Origin: Bdellovibrionales bacterium
Lineage (GTDB): Bacteria > Bdellovibrionota > Bdellovibrionia > Bdellovibrionales > UBA1609
Direction of reading: 5' to 3'
DNA length: 64,000 nucleotides
NCBI GenBank assembly: GCA_038144835.1
Contig: JAYQON010000001.1
Location: 3,483 to 67,482, forward strand
Below are positions 18,655 to 28,055 of the stretch, piece by piece. Below the pieces are notes generated by a model, which saw only the letters and a program-made list of their open reading frames with translations, searched no databases and was not told the DNA's origin. Numbering within the stretch: the stretch's first letter is position 1; the number at the start of each line of letters is the position of its first letter. A program made the translations under genes and the position numbers.

Positions 18655-19635
18655 CTATGACCTCTGCGTAAATAAGCGCTTTATTTTATCTCGGAACTCA
18701 GCCACCAGGGGAGAGCTACTAGACGTTTTTCGCAACTTTTCAAGCGCCTGGCGTTCGTCGTCAGTCACGGTGTTTGGGACGTCCACGATAATTCTAATGA
18801 GCATATCTCCAGAGGCATAACCACCTATGTCAGGAAAACCTTTTCCTTTGAGGCGGAAAATCTGCCCAGGGTGGGTACTAGAGGGAATCGTTAGCATTGC
18901 TTTACCGGTAAGCGTAGGAACTTCAATCTGAGTCCCGAGAAGAGCGTCGACAAACGAGACAGGCATTTCCATGAGTACATCATTATCTTTACGCTTAAAA
19001 AGAGGATGCTCTTGAAAGTTAATAATCACGTAAAGATCACCCGGTTTGGCCGTTCCAGGAGGGGTGTCGCCTTCTCCGCGTAGTTTAAGCCGTTGACCAG
19101 ATTTAACTCCTGCAGGAACGGTAATTGAGATTTTTGCCGTTTCCTCTTTTGCACCCTTTTGGCGTACAAAACTGATTCGCTTTTCAGTACCCGTCGCGGC
19201 CTCCTCCAAAGTGATGGTCAAAGTATAGCGCAAATCAGCTCCGCGGGTTTCTTGCCGAAAACCGCGACGGCTTGAGGGATCACCAGAGAAGAATTCCCCA
19301 AAGAAATCGCTAAACATATCTTGAAAAGCCTCTGATCCACCCTGTCGTGGGTCAAAGCCTCCAAACCCAGAGAAGCCTTCAAAGCCTCCCGGTCTCTGTC
19401 CAGGACCACCTTGAAAGCCGGCGTGGCCAAATTGATCGTAGAGCTGCTTCTTTTTGGGGTCGCTGAGGACGTCGTAGGCTTCACTGACTTCCTTAAAGCG
19501 CTCCTCAGCTTGCTTATCACCTGGATTTTTATCCGGGTGAAATTTCATGGCAAGTTTGCGGAAGGCTTTTTTCAGTTCATCTGCACTGGCTTGGCGGGAA
19601 ACGCCAAGCACATTGTAGTAATCTTTTTTTGCCAA
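18655..19635 (-). CDS. J-domain co-chaperone without zinc-finger region (class B, CbpA-like DnaJ)
   Basis: J domain DYYNVLGV...[10 protein letters not shown], then a G/F-rich linker and the DnaJ C-terminal domains. No CxxCxGxG repeats. Confidence 0.85.
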   Translation of the reverse strand: MAKKDYYNVLGVSRQASADELKKAFRKLAMKFHPDKNPGDKQAEERFKEVSEAYDVLSDPKKKQLYDQFGHAGFQGGPGQRPGGFEGFSGFGGFDPRQGGSEAFQDMFSDFFGEFFSGDPSSRRGFRQETRGADLRYTLTITLEEAATGTEKRISFVRQKGAKEETAKISITVPAGVKSGQRLKLRGEGDTPPGTAKPGDLYVIINFQEHPLFKRKDNDVLMEMPVSFVDALLGTQIEVPTLTGKAMLTIPSSTHPGQIFRLKGKGFPDIGGYASGDMLIRIIVDVPNTVTDDERQALEKLRKTSSSSPLVAEFRDKIKRLFTQRS

Positions 19636-19672
19636 GATGAAGCCTCTCTTCAGATTTTTAGCTAATCTCTGC

Positions 19673-20182
19673 TTACTCGCGCGCGGCGGCTACCGTCACC
19701 TGTGCAGGACGCAGCAGCTTATCGTGCAGCTTGTAGGCCTTTTTAAAGACTCTCGCGACATGTCCGGGCGGTAGGTCTTCGCGAGGCTCAGAGCTCAGTG
19801 CCTCATGCTTCGAGGGATCAAAGACTTCACCCTCGGATTTTACCTCTTCTACTCCGAATCGATGCAGAAGACCTTTGAACTCTGCGGCGATCATTTGGAC
19901 GCCTTCTCGAAAAGACTCAACATTGTCCTTGCTGACTTCTGTTTCCAGCGCGCGTTCGAAATTATCGAAAACGCTGAGAAATTCACAAATAAATTTCTCG
20001 CCGCCGTACTTGCTCAGCTCCGAGCGCTCTTTAATTGCATTCCGTCGATAGTTGTCGAACTCGGCCAGTAAGTAAAGGTAATCACTTTTAGCCTTCTCGA
20101 GATTTGCCTTCAGCTGTTCGAGATCAGACTCACTCGATTCTGTGCTTTTGTCATTATTATCATTTTTCTTGTTGTCGGTCAT
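19673..20182 (-). CDS. grpE: Nucleotide exchange factor GrpE
   Basis: 169 aa. Acidic N-terminus, [14 protein letters not shown] and FDPSKHEAL motifs typical of GrpE. Confidence 0.9.
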   Translation of the reverse strand: MTDNKKNDNNDKSTESSESDLEQLKANLEKAKSDYLYLLAEFDNYRRNAIKERSELSKYGGEKFICEFLSVFDNFERALETEVSKDNVESFREGVQMIAAEFKGLLHRFGVEEVKSEGEVFDPSKHEALSSEPREDLPPGHVARVFKKAYKLHDKLLRPAQVTVAAARE

Positions 20183-21390
20183 ACCGAACAGTATGTGTTC
20201 GATGAAGTTTGTGTCAATGCAGGACGATTGACGTCCCCAGCTAAAAAGGTGAGTTCTTCAAAGACTTTGTTGCTAATCAGTTGACCCTCGCCAGTCAGTT
20301 GCCAAAAGTCGTCGCAAAAGGTGAGTAAACCCCTTTTCTGAAGTAGCACAATGCGTTCTAACAGCATTGTCACCAGCTCTGTTGGAAATTTTTGGCGCAA
20401 TGCACCCACAGGCAACCCTCGGCTTGTGCGCAAAAAGATGTGGGCGAAATCAGTCAAAGACTCGAAATCTTTTAGCACTTCACTTTGGTCAGGCGGCAAG
20501 ATTGAGCCGAATGACTCCCCATGCACTTCTACTTGGGCACCATAATCAGAGAGAGACTTGGGGTTCCAGAAACGAGTTCCATATGTGCCCGCATCTCGTT
20601 GATAAGAGTGGCTACTCAAGCCTAACCCCCAATAACTGCTATCATTCCAGTAAGCCTGGTTGTGCTTTGACTCAAAGCCGGGAACAGCAAAATTAGAAAT
20701 TTCATATTTTTGAAGGCCGATCCTCGAAAGAGCAGACTCAATCTGGGCGAACATCCTGACTTGGTCATCCTCTGGGGGCCGGCCAAGGCTCATCGGATGA
20801 CCTTCTGGAATAGTAAGACAGTAAGCGCTCAAATGTGGTGGACGAAACTTGAGAACCTCGTCTAAGTCCGCCAATAGCATTTGGCTACTTTGTCCAGGCA
20901 AAGCAAAGAGCAAATCGAATGAATAATTGAGATTGTATTTGCGCAGCAGCTCTAGGGTCTTGCGGGTGTCAGATGCCGAGTGCTTGCGACCACAGGTTTT
21001 GAGTAGCGTTTCATTGAATGTCTGAGCACCTACGCTGAATCGGTTGATGCCCGCCTCCAAGTAGGTCTCTAATTTTTGTTCGTCGATTGTCGCCGGGTTA
21101 ATCTCAATTGTGCACTCAAATCCAGGGATAAAGCGAAAGCCCGCATTTGCAAGTTCCCGACAAATAGCTACAATAAGCTCAGGTGCGATTAAGCTGGGTG
21201 TGCCTCCGCCAAAATAAAGCGTTTGGATCTCTCGCGTTTTCCAAAGCTTGTGGCGGTTGCGGATTTCTGAAATCACCCATTGGACATAAGCTTCCGGCGG
21301 CAAGATTTCTGACCACTCGAAGGTAGTGAAGTCGCAATAGCGGCATCTTTGTAAGCAGTAAGGAATGTGAACGTACACGGACAGGGCCAT
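20179..21390 (-). CDS. hemW: Radical SAM heme chaperone HemW (HemN-like, oxygen-independent coproporphyrinogen oxidase family)
   Basis: YVHIPYCLQRCRYCDF (CxxxCxxC) 10 aa after ATG 21390, plus a HemN C-terminal domain. The longer TTG start at 21426 would overlap the divergent M16 gene. Confidence 0.8.
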   Translation of the reverse strand: MALSVYVHIPYCLQRCRYCDFTTFEWSEILPPEAYVQWVISEIRNRHKLWKTREIQTLYFGGGTPSLIAPELIVAICRELANAGFRFIPGFECTIEINPATIDEQKLETYLEAGINRFSVGAQTFNETLLKTCGRKHSASDTRKTLELLRKYNLNYSFDLLFALPGQSSQMLLADLDEVLKFRPPHLSAYCLTIPEGHPMSLGRPPEDDQVRMFAQIESALSRIGLQKYEISNFAVPGFESKHNQAYWNDSSYWGLGLSSHSYQRDAGTYGTRFWNPKSLSDYGAQVEVHGESFGSILPPDQSEVLKDFESLTDFAHIFLRTSRGLPVGALRQKFPTELVTMLLERIVLLQKRGLLTFCDDFWQLTGEGQLISNKVFEELTFLAGDVNRPALTQTSSNTYCSV

Positions 21391-21408
21391 GCCCAAGGTA
21401 GATAGACT

Positions 21409-24006
21409 ATGTTTAAGAAATATCAACTTAAAAACGGGTTAAAAGTCTTACTTATCGAGAGCCACAAGAGCCCGGTCCTCTCAATTCAAATGTGGGTCAA
21501 GACTGGCTCCGCAGACGAAAAAAAGGGAGAGGAGGGTATCAGTCATTTTATCGAACACTTGGTGTTTAAAGGTTCGCGTAAGTTTGACGTGGGCGAAATC
21601 GCCTCGACTGTCGAAGGAGCTGGTGGAGAACTGAACGCCTACACTTCCTTTGATCAGACAGTTTTTTATGTAACGATTTCTAAAGAATTTCAGAACGTCG
21701 GACTTGAGGTGATATCTGAAATGATGGGCTTCCCCCGCTTTGATCAAGCTGAAATCGATAATGAACGGGAAGTAGTTATTGAGGAAATCAAACGTTCTAA
21801 CGATAGCCCGCATCGGCAGGCGAGTCGGCTGCTTTTTTCAAGCATTTATAAAAAACATCCTTATGGCATTCCGGTCATCGGCTATGCTGAAAATATCAAC
21901 ACAGTGTCTCGAAAAGTACTGCTTGATTATTTTCACTCCCGTTATAACCCCGACAACATGACGTTAGTTGTGGTTGGAGCTTTTGAGTCGGCAAAGATGC
22001 GAAAGCAAGTCGATGCATTCTTCGGAAAATTCTCAAAAAGTAAACTTCGCGTGGTCAAGAGGCCACCTGTAGCAAGACGCAAAAGGCCGCAGGTTATTGT
22101 CGAGAAGGCTCCTTTTAATGAAACCATTGTTCATGTGGCCTTTCCTGTTCCTAAAGCTTCACATAAGGATATAGCTGCACTAGAAATTTTCGCACTGATT
22201 TTTGGGCAAGGTGAAAGCTCGCGACTTAATCGACGCTTGCGAATGAATGAGCATTTGGTCAATTATGCAGGTTCTAGCGTTTTTGTTGCCCGAGACCCCG
22301 GATTTTTAGCACTTAGCCTATCTCTAAACGAAAAGGATCTTTCTCGTTCGTTGATCTGTTTGCGAGAAGAGCTCTGTGATGCTCTTAAGGAGCCTCCGAC
22401 TGATTCTGAGTTCCGCAAGGCCCTTACGAATTTAGCCAGTGAACAATTCTATAGTCTTGAAACTGTCGATGGACTCGCTCGAAGTTACGGACACTATCAG
22501 GATCTTTTTGGAGACCCCAATTATTTTAAAAAATTCATCAAACAGGTACAAAGCCTGACTCCACTTGAAATCATCAAGACTGCAAAAAAATATTTAGATC
22601 CCAATAAGATTACGGTAGTGGCTATGAGCCCGTCGGAAAGGAGCCGTGTAGAGCCCACGATAAAATCTTGGCTCAAAGAAGTACGCAGAGATTTTCGGCA
22701 GGTATTAGCGAGCAGGCCGGCGCACAAATCTACCAAATTAAGCAGAATAAAGTTTGCCTTGAATAACCGCGCCCAGATTCGAGGCGAAATTGAAAAATGG
22801 CTACTCCCCAATGGCATTACCATCATTACCCGGCCAAGCATGGACACGCCAGTTTTAAGCGTTCGCTGTGCCAGTCTTGGTGGCTCCCGTCTTGAAGGAC
22901 CTACGTCGCAAGGAGCTACTGAGCTTCTTTCTCGAGTCTGGACTGCGGGCGCCGGCTCATTATCTGAAGTGGACTTGAATCACAAAATCGATGAGATGGC
23001 GGCTTCTATTTCTGGCTTTGGCGGGCGCAATTCTCAGGGTTTATCCATGAGCTGCTTGCGGTCTTTCTCGACAGAGATGATGGATCTGTTTTGTGAAGTC
23101 TGGAAAAATCCGCTTTTTGAACAAGTTGCAGTGAATCGGGAAATTAAATCCATGATCGAGCACATCAAATTGCGAGCTGACAATCCTGCCCAAGTTTGCG
23201 TGCTAGCATTTTTAAAAGGCCTTTTTGGTGACCATCCTTATGGACGGGACCCTTACGGCTCTGCAGAGTCGATACAAAATCTGACCCGCGAAACCGTGCA
23301 AGAAATCTATAGCCGGAGGTCTGGCTTGACTATTGTCGGATCGGGAGCGTTGAACCCAATCGAATTTCGCCGACATATCGAGGATGCCCTAGGGGACCAA
23401 AAAATTGATAATGCTAACTTTGAGCCACGAGCCATCATTTATCCGCAATCTGATATTCGTGTTTTTGAACAAAGCAACAAGCAGCAAAGTCATATTGTTT
23501 ATGGATTTCCGGGGCTAAATATGACCAGTCCTGATCGTTATGCATTACAAGTTTTGCAAGCTGTGTTAGCTGGCCAGGGGGGGCGTTTATTTGTCGAATT
23601 ACGCGACAAAGCGTCCCTCGCTTACTCGGTGTCACCCATGCGAATGGAAGGTGTTGAAGGCGGCTATTTTGGCGCATATATCGGCTGCTCACCCGAAAAA
23701 TCAGATACAGCTTTGCGTATGATGAGAGATGAATTTACTAAGCTTGCCGAAAACAAAATTAGTAATGATGAGTTGTCGCGCGCCCAGCGCTATCTAATTG
23801 GCAAACACGATATTGATCTGCAAAAAAACTCTAACATTTCGTCAGCAATTCTTTTTGATCACATCTACGGAATTGATTTTATGGAGACTTATCGTTTTGC
23901 CGAAAATATTCGGTCGGTCAAATCCGAAGACATCATGTCGCTGGCTCAATATTTATTCTCAAAGCCATCAGTGATTTCTTTGGTCGGCCCATCGGCTCCG
24001 TGGTGA
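21409..24006 (+). CDS. Double-length M16 (pitrilysin/PqqL-like) zinc peptidase
   Basis: Inverted zinc motif HFIEHLVFKGS in the first half. The second M16-like half (about residue 450 onward) has no HxxEH motif. Confidence 0.85.
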   Translation: MFKKYQLKNGLKVLLIESHKSPVLSIQMWVKTGSADEKKGEEGISHFIEHLVFKGSRKFDVGEIASTVEGAGGELNAYTSFDQTVFYVTISKEFQNVGLEVISEMMGFPRFDQAEIDNEREVVIEEIKRSNDSPHRQASRLLFSSIYKKHPYGIPVIGYAENINTVSRKVLLDYFHSRYNPDNMTLVVVGAFESAKMRKQVDAFFGKFSKSKLRVVKRPPVARRKRPQVIVEKAPFNETIVHVAFPVPKASHKDIAALEIFALIFGQGESSRLNRRLRMNEHLVNYAGSSVFVARDPGFLALSLSLNEKDLSRSLICLREELCDALKEPPTDSEFRKALTNLASEQFYSLETVDGLARSYGHYQDLFGDPNYFKKFIKQVQSLTPLEIIKTAKKYLDPNKITVVAMSPSERSRVEPTIKSWLKEVRRDFRQVLASRPAHKSTKLSRIKFALNNRAQIRGEIEKWLLPNGITIITRPSMDTPVLSVRCASLGGSRLEGPTSQGATELLSRVWTAGAGSLSEVDLNHKIDEMAASISGFGGRNSQGLSMSCLRSFSTEMMDLFCEVWKNPLFEQVAVNREIKSMIEHIKLRADNPAQVCVLAFLKGLFGDHPYGRDPYGSAESIQNLTRETVQEIYSRRSGLTIVGSGALNPIEFRRHIEDALGDQKIDNANFEPRAIIYPQSDIRVFEQSNKQQSHIVYGFPGLNMTSPDRYALQVLQAVLAGQGGRLFVELRDKASLAYSVSPMRMEGVEGGYFGAYIGCSPEKSDTALRMMRDEFTKLAENKISNDELSRAQRYLIGKHDIDLQKNSNISSAILFDHIYGIDFMETYRFAENIRSVKSEDIMSLAQYLFSKPSVISLVGPSAPW

Positions 24007-24190
24007 TTTATCGGTAGTTGGTAAGCATAGGTATAATTTGATATTATTTATCGCATAAATGCGAGTCACAAAAGTGGCGTCCCGCAATGAGACTATACGG
24101 TGTTAGCTACACCTTTGGTCCGGATCACTACAGATAACTCGATTTTTTATTATAAAATGACGATGGTACTGGAGGGAGGCTCGGCTCTAT

Positions 24191-24808
24191 ATGAGTCAAT
24201 CCGAAAAAGCTATCGTAGTAGAAACGCCAAGAGAATTTTTTGTGGACAAGATTGGGTCCGCTTTAAAAAGGCTTCGCTTTGAGCCTTTGCCCGCATCGCG
24301 CTTTTATTTGGTGGGAGTTCTCGAGCGGTTTATGTTTGTCCATAATCTATTCCCAACCAGCGAAGATACCGGCAAGGCCAGAAGGGAGACCTTGGCTGAG
24401 CTCTATTTTAGAGCTCAAAATTCCCCTCACCCCAAGAGTTTGGATTTGTGGCGTCAGCTTGCGGACAGCAGCTTGTACATTAGCGGCTTCTTTGGTGACT
24501 CACTAAATCGCAAGCTTGTCGATTTGGAATACTACGCGGACATGGGTGGAGTTGCGTATGCAGCCCTATCGTCTTTTACCAATGATCAGGAAACCGCTCA
24601 GATGTACGATGAATTTTCTACGCGCTTTCCAGAGTTTGTAGATGTCCTGACTTATATCAGTCAGGACGCAATGATCCAAACCAATGGTGACCTCTTGAAG
24701 CTTTATGATAGGTACCTATCTACAGGATCACGTCTGGCCGAAGAGCAACTTGTCGAAAAAGGACTGCTCAACGCGGACTTACAAAAAAGCAAAAATAGTA
24801 AAATGTGA
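24191..24808 (+). CDS. Hypothetical protein (205 aa, predicted all-helical, cytoplasmic)
   Basis: Long ORF with a GGAGGGAGG RBS upstream. I recognise no motif. Located directly upstream of the tat genes. Confidence 0.5.
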   Translation: MSQSEKAIVVETPREFFVDKIGSALKRLRFEPLPASRFYLVGVLERFMFVHNLFPTSEDTGKARRETLAELYFRAQNSPHPKSLDLWRQLADSSLYISGFFGDSLNRKLVDLEYYADMGGVAYAALSSFTNDQETAQMYDEFSTRFPEFVDVLTYISQDAMIQTNGDLLKLYDRYLSTGSRLAEEQLVEKGLLNADLQKSKNSKM

Positions 24809-24865
24809 GCAAGGACTATTCACCGGTTTCTTGGCAAGTTCAAGTTGAGAGTGTAAGGTCAAGAC

Positions 24866-25165
24866 ATGTTTAATCTCGGGTTTTCAGAACTCATTTTGCT
24901 GGGTATTATTGCTCTGATATTTATTGGCCCCCAGCAGTTGCCCGAAGTTGCTCGCTCGATAGGACGTTTGCTCAACGAGTTCAAGCGAGCAACCAATGAT
25001 TTTCAAGAGACTTTTACCTCGCCAATAAAAAATGAAATACAAAACCGGATTCAAGATGTCCGAGCTCACTTGACAGTCGAAGATTCAAATTTGTCTCAAG
25101 AGCCCGTCGCAGCCTCCAAAGGCGACAACATGGATAAGCCCGCGGAAGAGGATAAAAAGGCATGA
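24866..25165 (+). CDS. tatB: Twin-arginine translocase TatA/B-family subunit with TatB-like N-terminus
   Basis: MFNLGFSELILLGIIALIFIGPQQLPEVARSIGR. The Glu8 and GPxxLP pattern resembles TatB rather than TatA (FGxKKL). An amphipathic helix and an acidic tail follow. Confidence 0.7.
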   Translation: MFNLGFSELILLGIIALIFIGPQQLPEVARSIGRLLNEFKRATNDFQETFTSPIKNEIQNRIQDVRAHLTVEDSNLSQEPVAASKGDNMDKPAEEDKKA

Positions 25166-25899
25166 ATCCTCAAGAAGAGATGAGTCTCATCGAACATTTG
25201 ACGGAGTTGCGTTACCGTTTGGTGCGTTCAATTCAGGGTATTTTTTTGGGGTCTGCGCTTGGGATTTACTATGCCGATTATATTATGGCCATCATTCGTA
25301 AACCTATACTGCCTTTTTTGGGAGATGGGGGAGGGTTAGTATTTACAGGTGTGATGGACAAATTCATGGCTCATTTAAAAGTGGGTGCGTTGAGCGGTGT
25401 TATCCTTACCTGTCCGTACTGGTTATATCACCTCTGGCAGTTTATTTCTCCCGGGCTCTATAAAAATGAGCGACGATATGCTGGTGGATTTATTTTTTCT
25501 GGATCAGTTTTATTTTTACTCGGCGTAGGATTTGTATATTTCTTTGTTTACCCCACGGCTTTCGAGTATCTCTTGGCTTTTGGCGGTGATGTCGATAAGC
25601 CCATGATAACCATTGGTGAATACCTGGGTTTTTTTGTGATGACCACTTTGCTCTTTGGTCTTTCATTTGAATTACCACTTGTCATGGTAGTTCTGGCAAT
25701 TATGGGTGTCATTGACGTCGATTTTCTTCGAAAAAATCGTCGATACGCCATAGTGGTTCTTGCTGTGTTATCAGCGGTGCTAACTCCACCAGACATTGTT
25801 AGTATGTGTATGATGCTTGTTCCGCTTTATGCGCTTTATGAGATCGCAATTTGGGTGATTTATTTTATGATCCCCAAAATCAATAAACCGGTAGTTTAA
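25162..25899 (+). CDS. tatC: Twin-arginine translocase subunit TatC
   Basis: 245 aa with 6 TM segments. LIEHLTELRYRL N-terminus and PPD motif typical of TatC. 4-nt overlap with the upstream gene. Confidence 0.9.
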   Translation: MNPQEEMSLIEHLTELRYRLVRSIQGIFLGSALGIYYADYIMAIIRKPILPFLGDGGGLVFTGVMDKFMAHLKVGALSGVILTCPYWLYHLWQFISPGLYKNERRYAGGFIFSGSVLFLLGVGFVYFFVYPTAFEYLLAFGGDVDKPMITIGEYLGFFVMTTLLFGLSFELPLVMVVLAIMGVIDVDFLRKNRRYAIVVLAVLSAVLTPPDIVSMCMMLVPLYALYEIAIWVIYFMIPKINKPVV

Positions 25900-25911
25900 A
25901 GCAAATCTGGT

Positions 25912-27525
25912 TCAAAGAGTGATAGTCTCTTTGTATAGGCCAAAAACTTTGCGCAGTTCATCAGAAATTTCCCCTAGAGTGACATGATTTTCTACAGCTT
26001 CTACAAACCTTGGAACTAGATTATCTTGTGACTCTGCGGCGTTACGAATTTGATCCAGTTGCTTGGCTATCAATGTCTTGTCGCGCTTGGCTTTAAAAGC
26101 TTTTAAACGTTGAATTTGTTCGTGCGACACCTCTTCAGACACTCTGAGTATATCTGAGGGATAGGGCTCATCTTGAACAAACTCATTTACGCCGACGACG
26201 ATTTCTTTTTTGCTTTCGAGGTCTTTTTGAAACTGATATGAGGCGTTTTGTATTTCGTTTTGAATCCAGCCAGATTCAATGCAAGCGACAACTCCGCCCA
26301 TACCATCAATTCTTTCGATATATTCCAACGCTCTCTTTTCAATTTCGTTGGTCATAGATTCAATGAGGTAAGACCCGCCTAGAGGGTCAACAACATCTGC
26401 GGCTCCCGTTTCAAAAGCCAGAATTTGTTGGGTGCGAAGAGCTATGGTGGCTGCTTTCTCTGTTGGCAACCCCAAAGCCTCGTCCATCGAATTGGTGTGC
26501 AGACTCTGAGTCCCCCCTAATACAGCAGCAAGAGCCTGAATAGCTACTCGAACTATGTTATTTTCAGGTTGCTGGGCTGTTAGGGTTGATCCGGCAACTT
26601 GAGAGTGAAAACGAAGTTTCATGGCATTGGCTTCTTTGGCGCCAAAACGATCTTTCATTAATCGAGCCCACATACGGCGTGCAGCTCGAAATTTAGCAAT
26701 TTCTTCAAAAAAATTGTTGTGGACGTTAAAAAAGAAGCTCAAACGTTTACCAAAGTCGTCGATATTCAACCCGCGATCACGAGCTGCTTGAACGTAAGTT
26801 AGTCCATTCGCTAAGGTAAAGGCCACCTCCTGAACGGCCGTACTGCCAGCCTCGCGAATGTGGTAGCCCGAAATTGAAATTGTGTTCCATCCGGGAACGT
26901 TTTCGGTACAAAACTTAAAGATATCAGTGATGATTCTAAGTGATGGTTTGGGCGGATAGATATAGGTTCCGCGAGCAATGTACTCTTTGAGAAGGTCGTT
27001 TTGAATGGTCCCTTTCAAAGTGTTCATAGGAATTCCGCGTCTTTTGGCCACGGCTATATATAAAGCCAATAGAATTCCCGCAGTGGAGTTGATGGTCATG
27101 GATGTTGAAATTTCTTGGAGTGGCAAATCCGCCAGCAGAATTTCCATATCCTCTATCGAGCTTACAGCAACCCCGACTTTGCCAACCTCTCCGGTGGACA
27201 TAATATGATCTGAATCGTAACCCATTTGAGTGGGTAAATCGAAAGCCACACTCAATCCAGTCGTCCCTTTGCTTAACAAAAGCTTGTAGCGCTGATTGCT
27301 GTCTTGTGCAGAACCAAAACCCGCATATTGGCGCATGGTCCATAGGCGACCACGGTACATTGTTTCTTGTACTCCGCGAGTAAAAGGAAAAGCGCCTGGA
27401 GATGCTAAGTCAGAGGATTCGAGATCCTCTGGGTTCCAGTCCGCATGCGTATAAACGCGTTTAAGATCTATATTAGAAGATGTTCTGAAATGCGTTTTGC
27501 GCTCTTTGCTTTTGCTGTCTTGCAT
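25912..27525 (-). CDS. Methylmalonyl-CoA mutase, catalytic (N-terminal TIM-barrel) subunit only
   Basis: FPFTRGV...[16 protein letters not shown] and the other MCM barrel motifs. At 537 aa it ends before any B12-binding (DxHxxG) domain. Confidence 0.9.
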   Translation of the reverse strand: MQDSKSKERKTHFRTSSNIDLKRVYTHADWNPEDLESSDLASPGAFPFTRGVQETMYRGRLWTMRQYAGFGSAQDSNQRYKLLLSKGTTGLSVAFDLPTQMGYDSDHIMSTGEVGKVGVAVSSIEDMEILLADLPLQEISTSMTINSTAGILLALYIAVAKRRGIPMNTLKGTIQNDLLKEYIARGTYIYPPKPSLRIITDIFKFCTENVPGWNTISISGYHIREAGSTAVQEVAFTLANGLTYVQAARDRGLNIDDFGKRLSFFFNVHNNFFEEIAKFRAARRMWARLMKDRFGAKEANAMKLRFHSQVAGSTLTAQQPENNIVRVAIQALAAVLGGTQSLHTNSMDEALGLPTEKAATIALRTQQILAFETGAADVVDPLGGSYLIESMTNEIEKRALEYIERIDGMGGVVACIESGWIQNEIQNASYQFQKDLESKKEIVVGVNEFVQDEPYPSDILRVSEEVSHEQIQRLKAFKAKRDKTLIAKQLDQIRNAAESQDNLVPRFVEAVENHVTLGEISDELRKVFGLYKETITL

Positions 27526-27528
27526 TGA

Positions 27529-28053
27529 TTACTTCGCGAATGTGATTAAGACTGCGCCGGATTCGACGTTCTCGCCCTCTTTAACTAAAACTTCTTTGAT
27601 TTTTACAGCCGATGCCGCACGCATTTCGTTTTCCATTTTCATAGCTTCCATAATCAACAGAGGATCGCCTTCCTTAACTTCATCGCCAGGTTTAACGAAT
27701 ATTTTGACGATTTTGCCAGGCATACCGGAAGATAAGCTGGATCCAGCGCCCATTCCTCCGCCTGCCTTCAGGCTCTCATGTAATAGGGCTTCTTCGTTAT
27801 AAACTTTAAATGTTTTATAGGCTCCGCGGGTGTAAACCGTGTATTCAGTGCCTTTGTTGATGACATCGACAAGGTAAGAGCTATCTTTAAAAAGAAAGCT
27901 GACCGTGTCGTCTAAATTCATGTAATCCTGTTTGCGGATGTCAAAATACTTCCAATCCTTATCGTCCTCGCGCATGCCTACGCGCCAATGAGTTTTACTT
28001 TCTGTGACTGAGACTTGATATTTTAAACCTTCCGATTCTGCTTCGAAATACAT
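27529..28053 (-). CDS. Biotin carboxyl carrier protein with ~100-aa N-terminal extra domain (possible BT-like domain of propionyl-CoA carboxylase alpha)
   Basis: Biotinylation motif IMEAMKMENE near the C-terminus. ATG 28053 lies 2 nt after the biotin carboxylase stop. The longer ORF from 28098 would overlap that gene by 43 nt. Confidence 0.8.
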   Translation of the reverse strand: MYFEAESEGLKYQVSVTESKTHWRVGMREDDKDWKYFDIRKQDYMNLDDTVSFLFKDSSYLVDVINKGTEYTVYTRGAYKTFKVYNEEALLHESLKAGGGMGAGSSLSSGMPGKIVKIFVKPGDEVKEGDPLLIMEAMKMENEMRAASAVKIKEVLVKEGENVESGAVLITFAK

Positions 28054-28055
28054 GT

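Noticed and set aside
24007-24190. A possible tRNA or small RNA in this spacer and in 53373-53620 and 47033-47210.
   Set aside because: There is no GTTCGAATC-type T-loop, no cloverleaf-compatible arms and no conserved ncRNA motif that I recognise. I found only short 4-6 bp hairpins.
26936-27343. A 135-aa ORF in another minus-strand frame inside the methylmalonyl-CoA mutase gene. Similar internal or antisense ORFs occur at 6417-6812, 14753-15145, 28086-28547, 30888-31322, 37652-38041, 46613-47098 and 58780-59262.
   Set aside because: All are fully embedded in long ORFs with strong family motifs. They lack RBS signals and have compositionally odd (Arg/Cys/Ser-rich) translations typical of off-frame reading.
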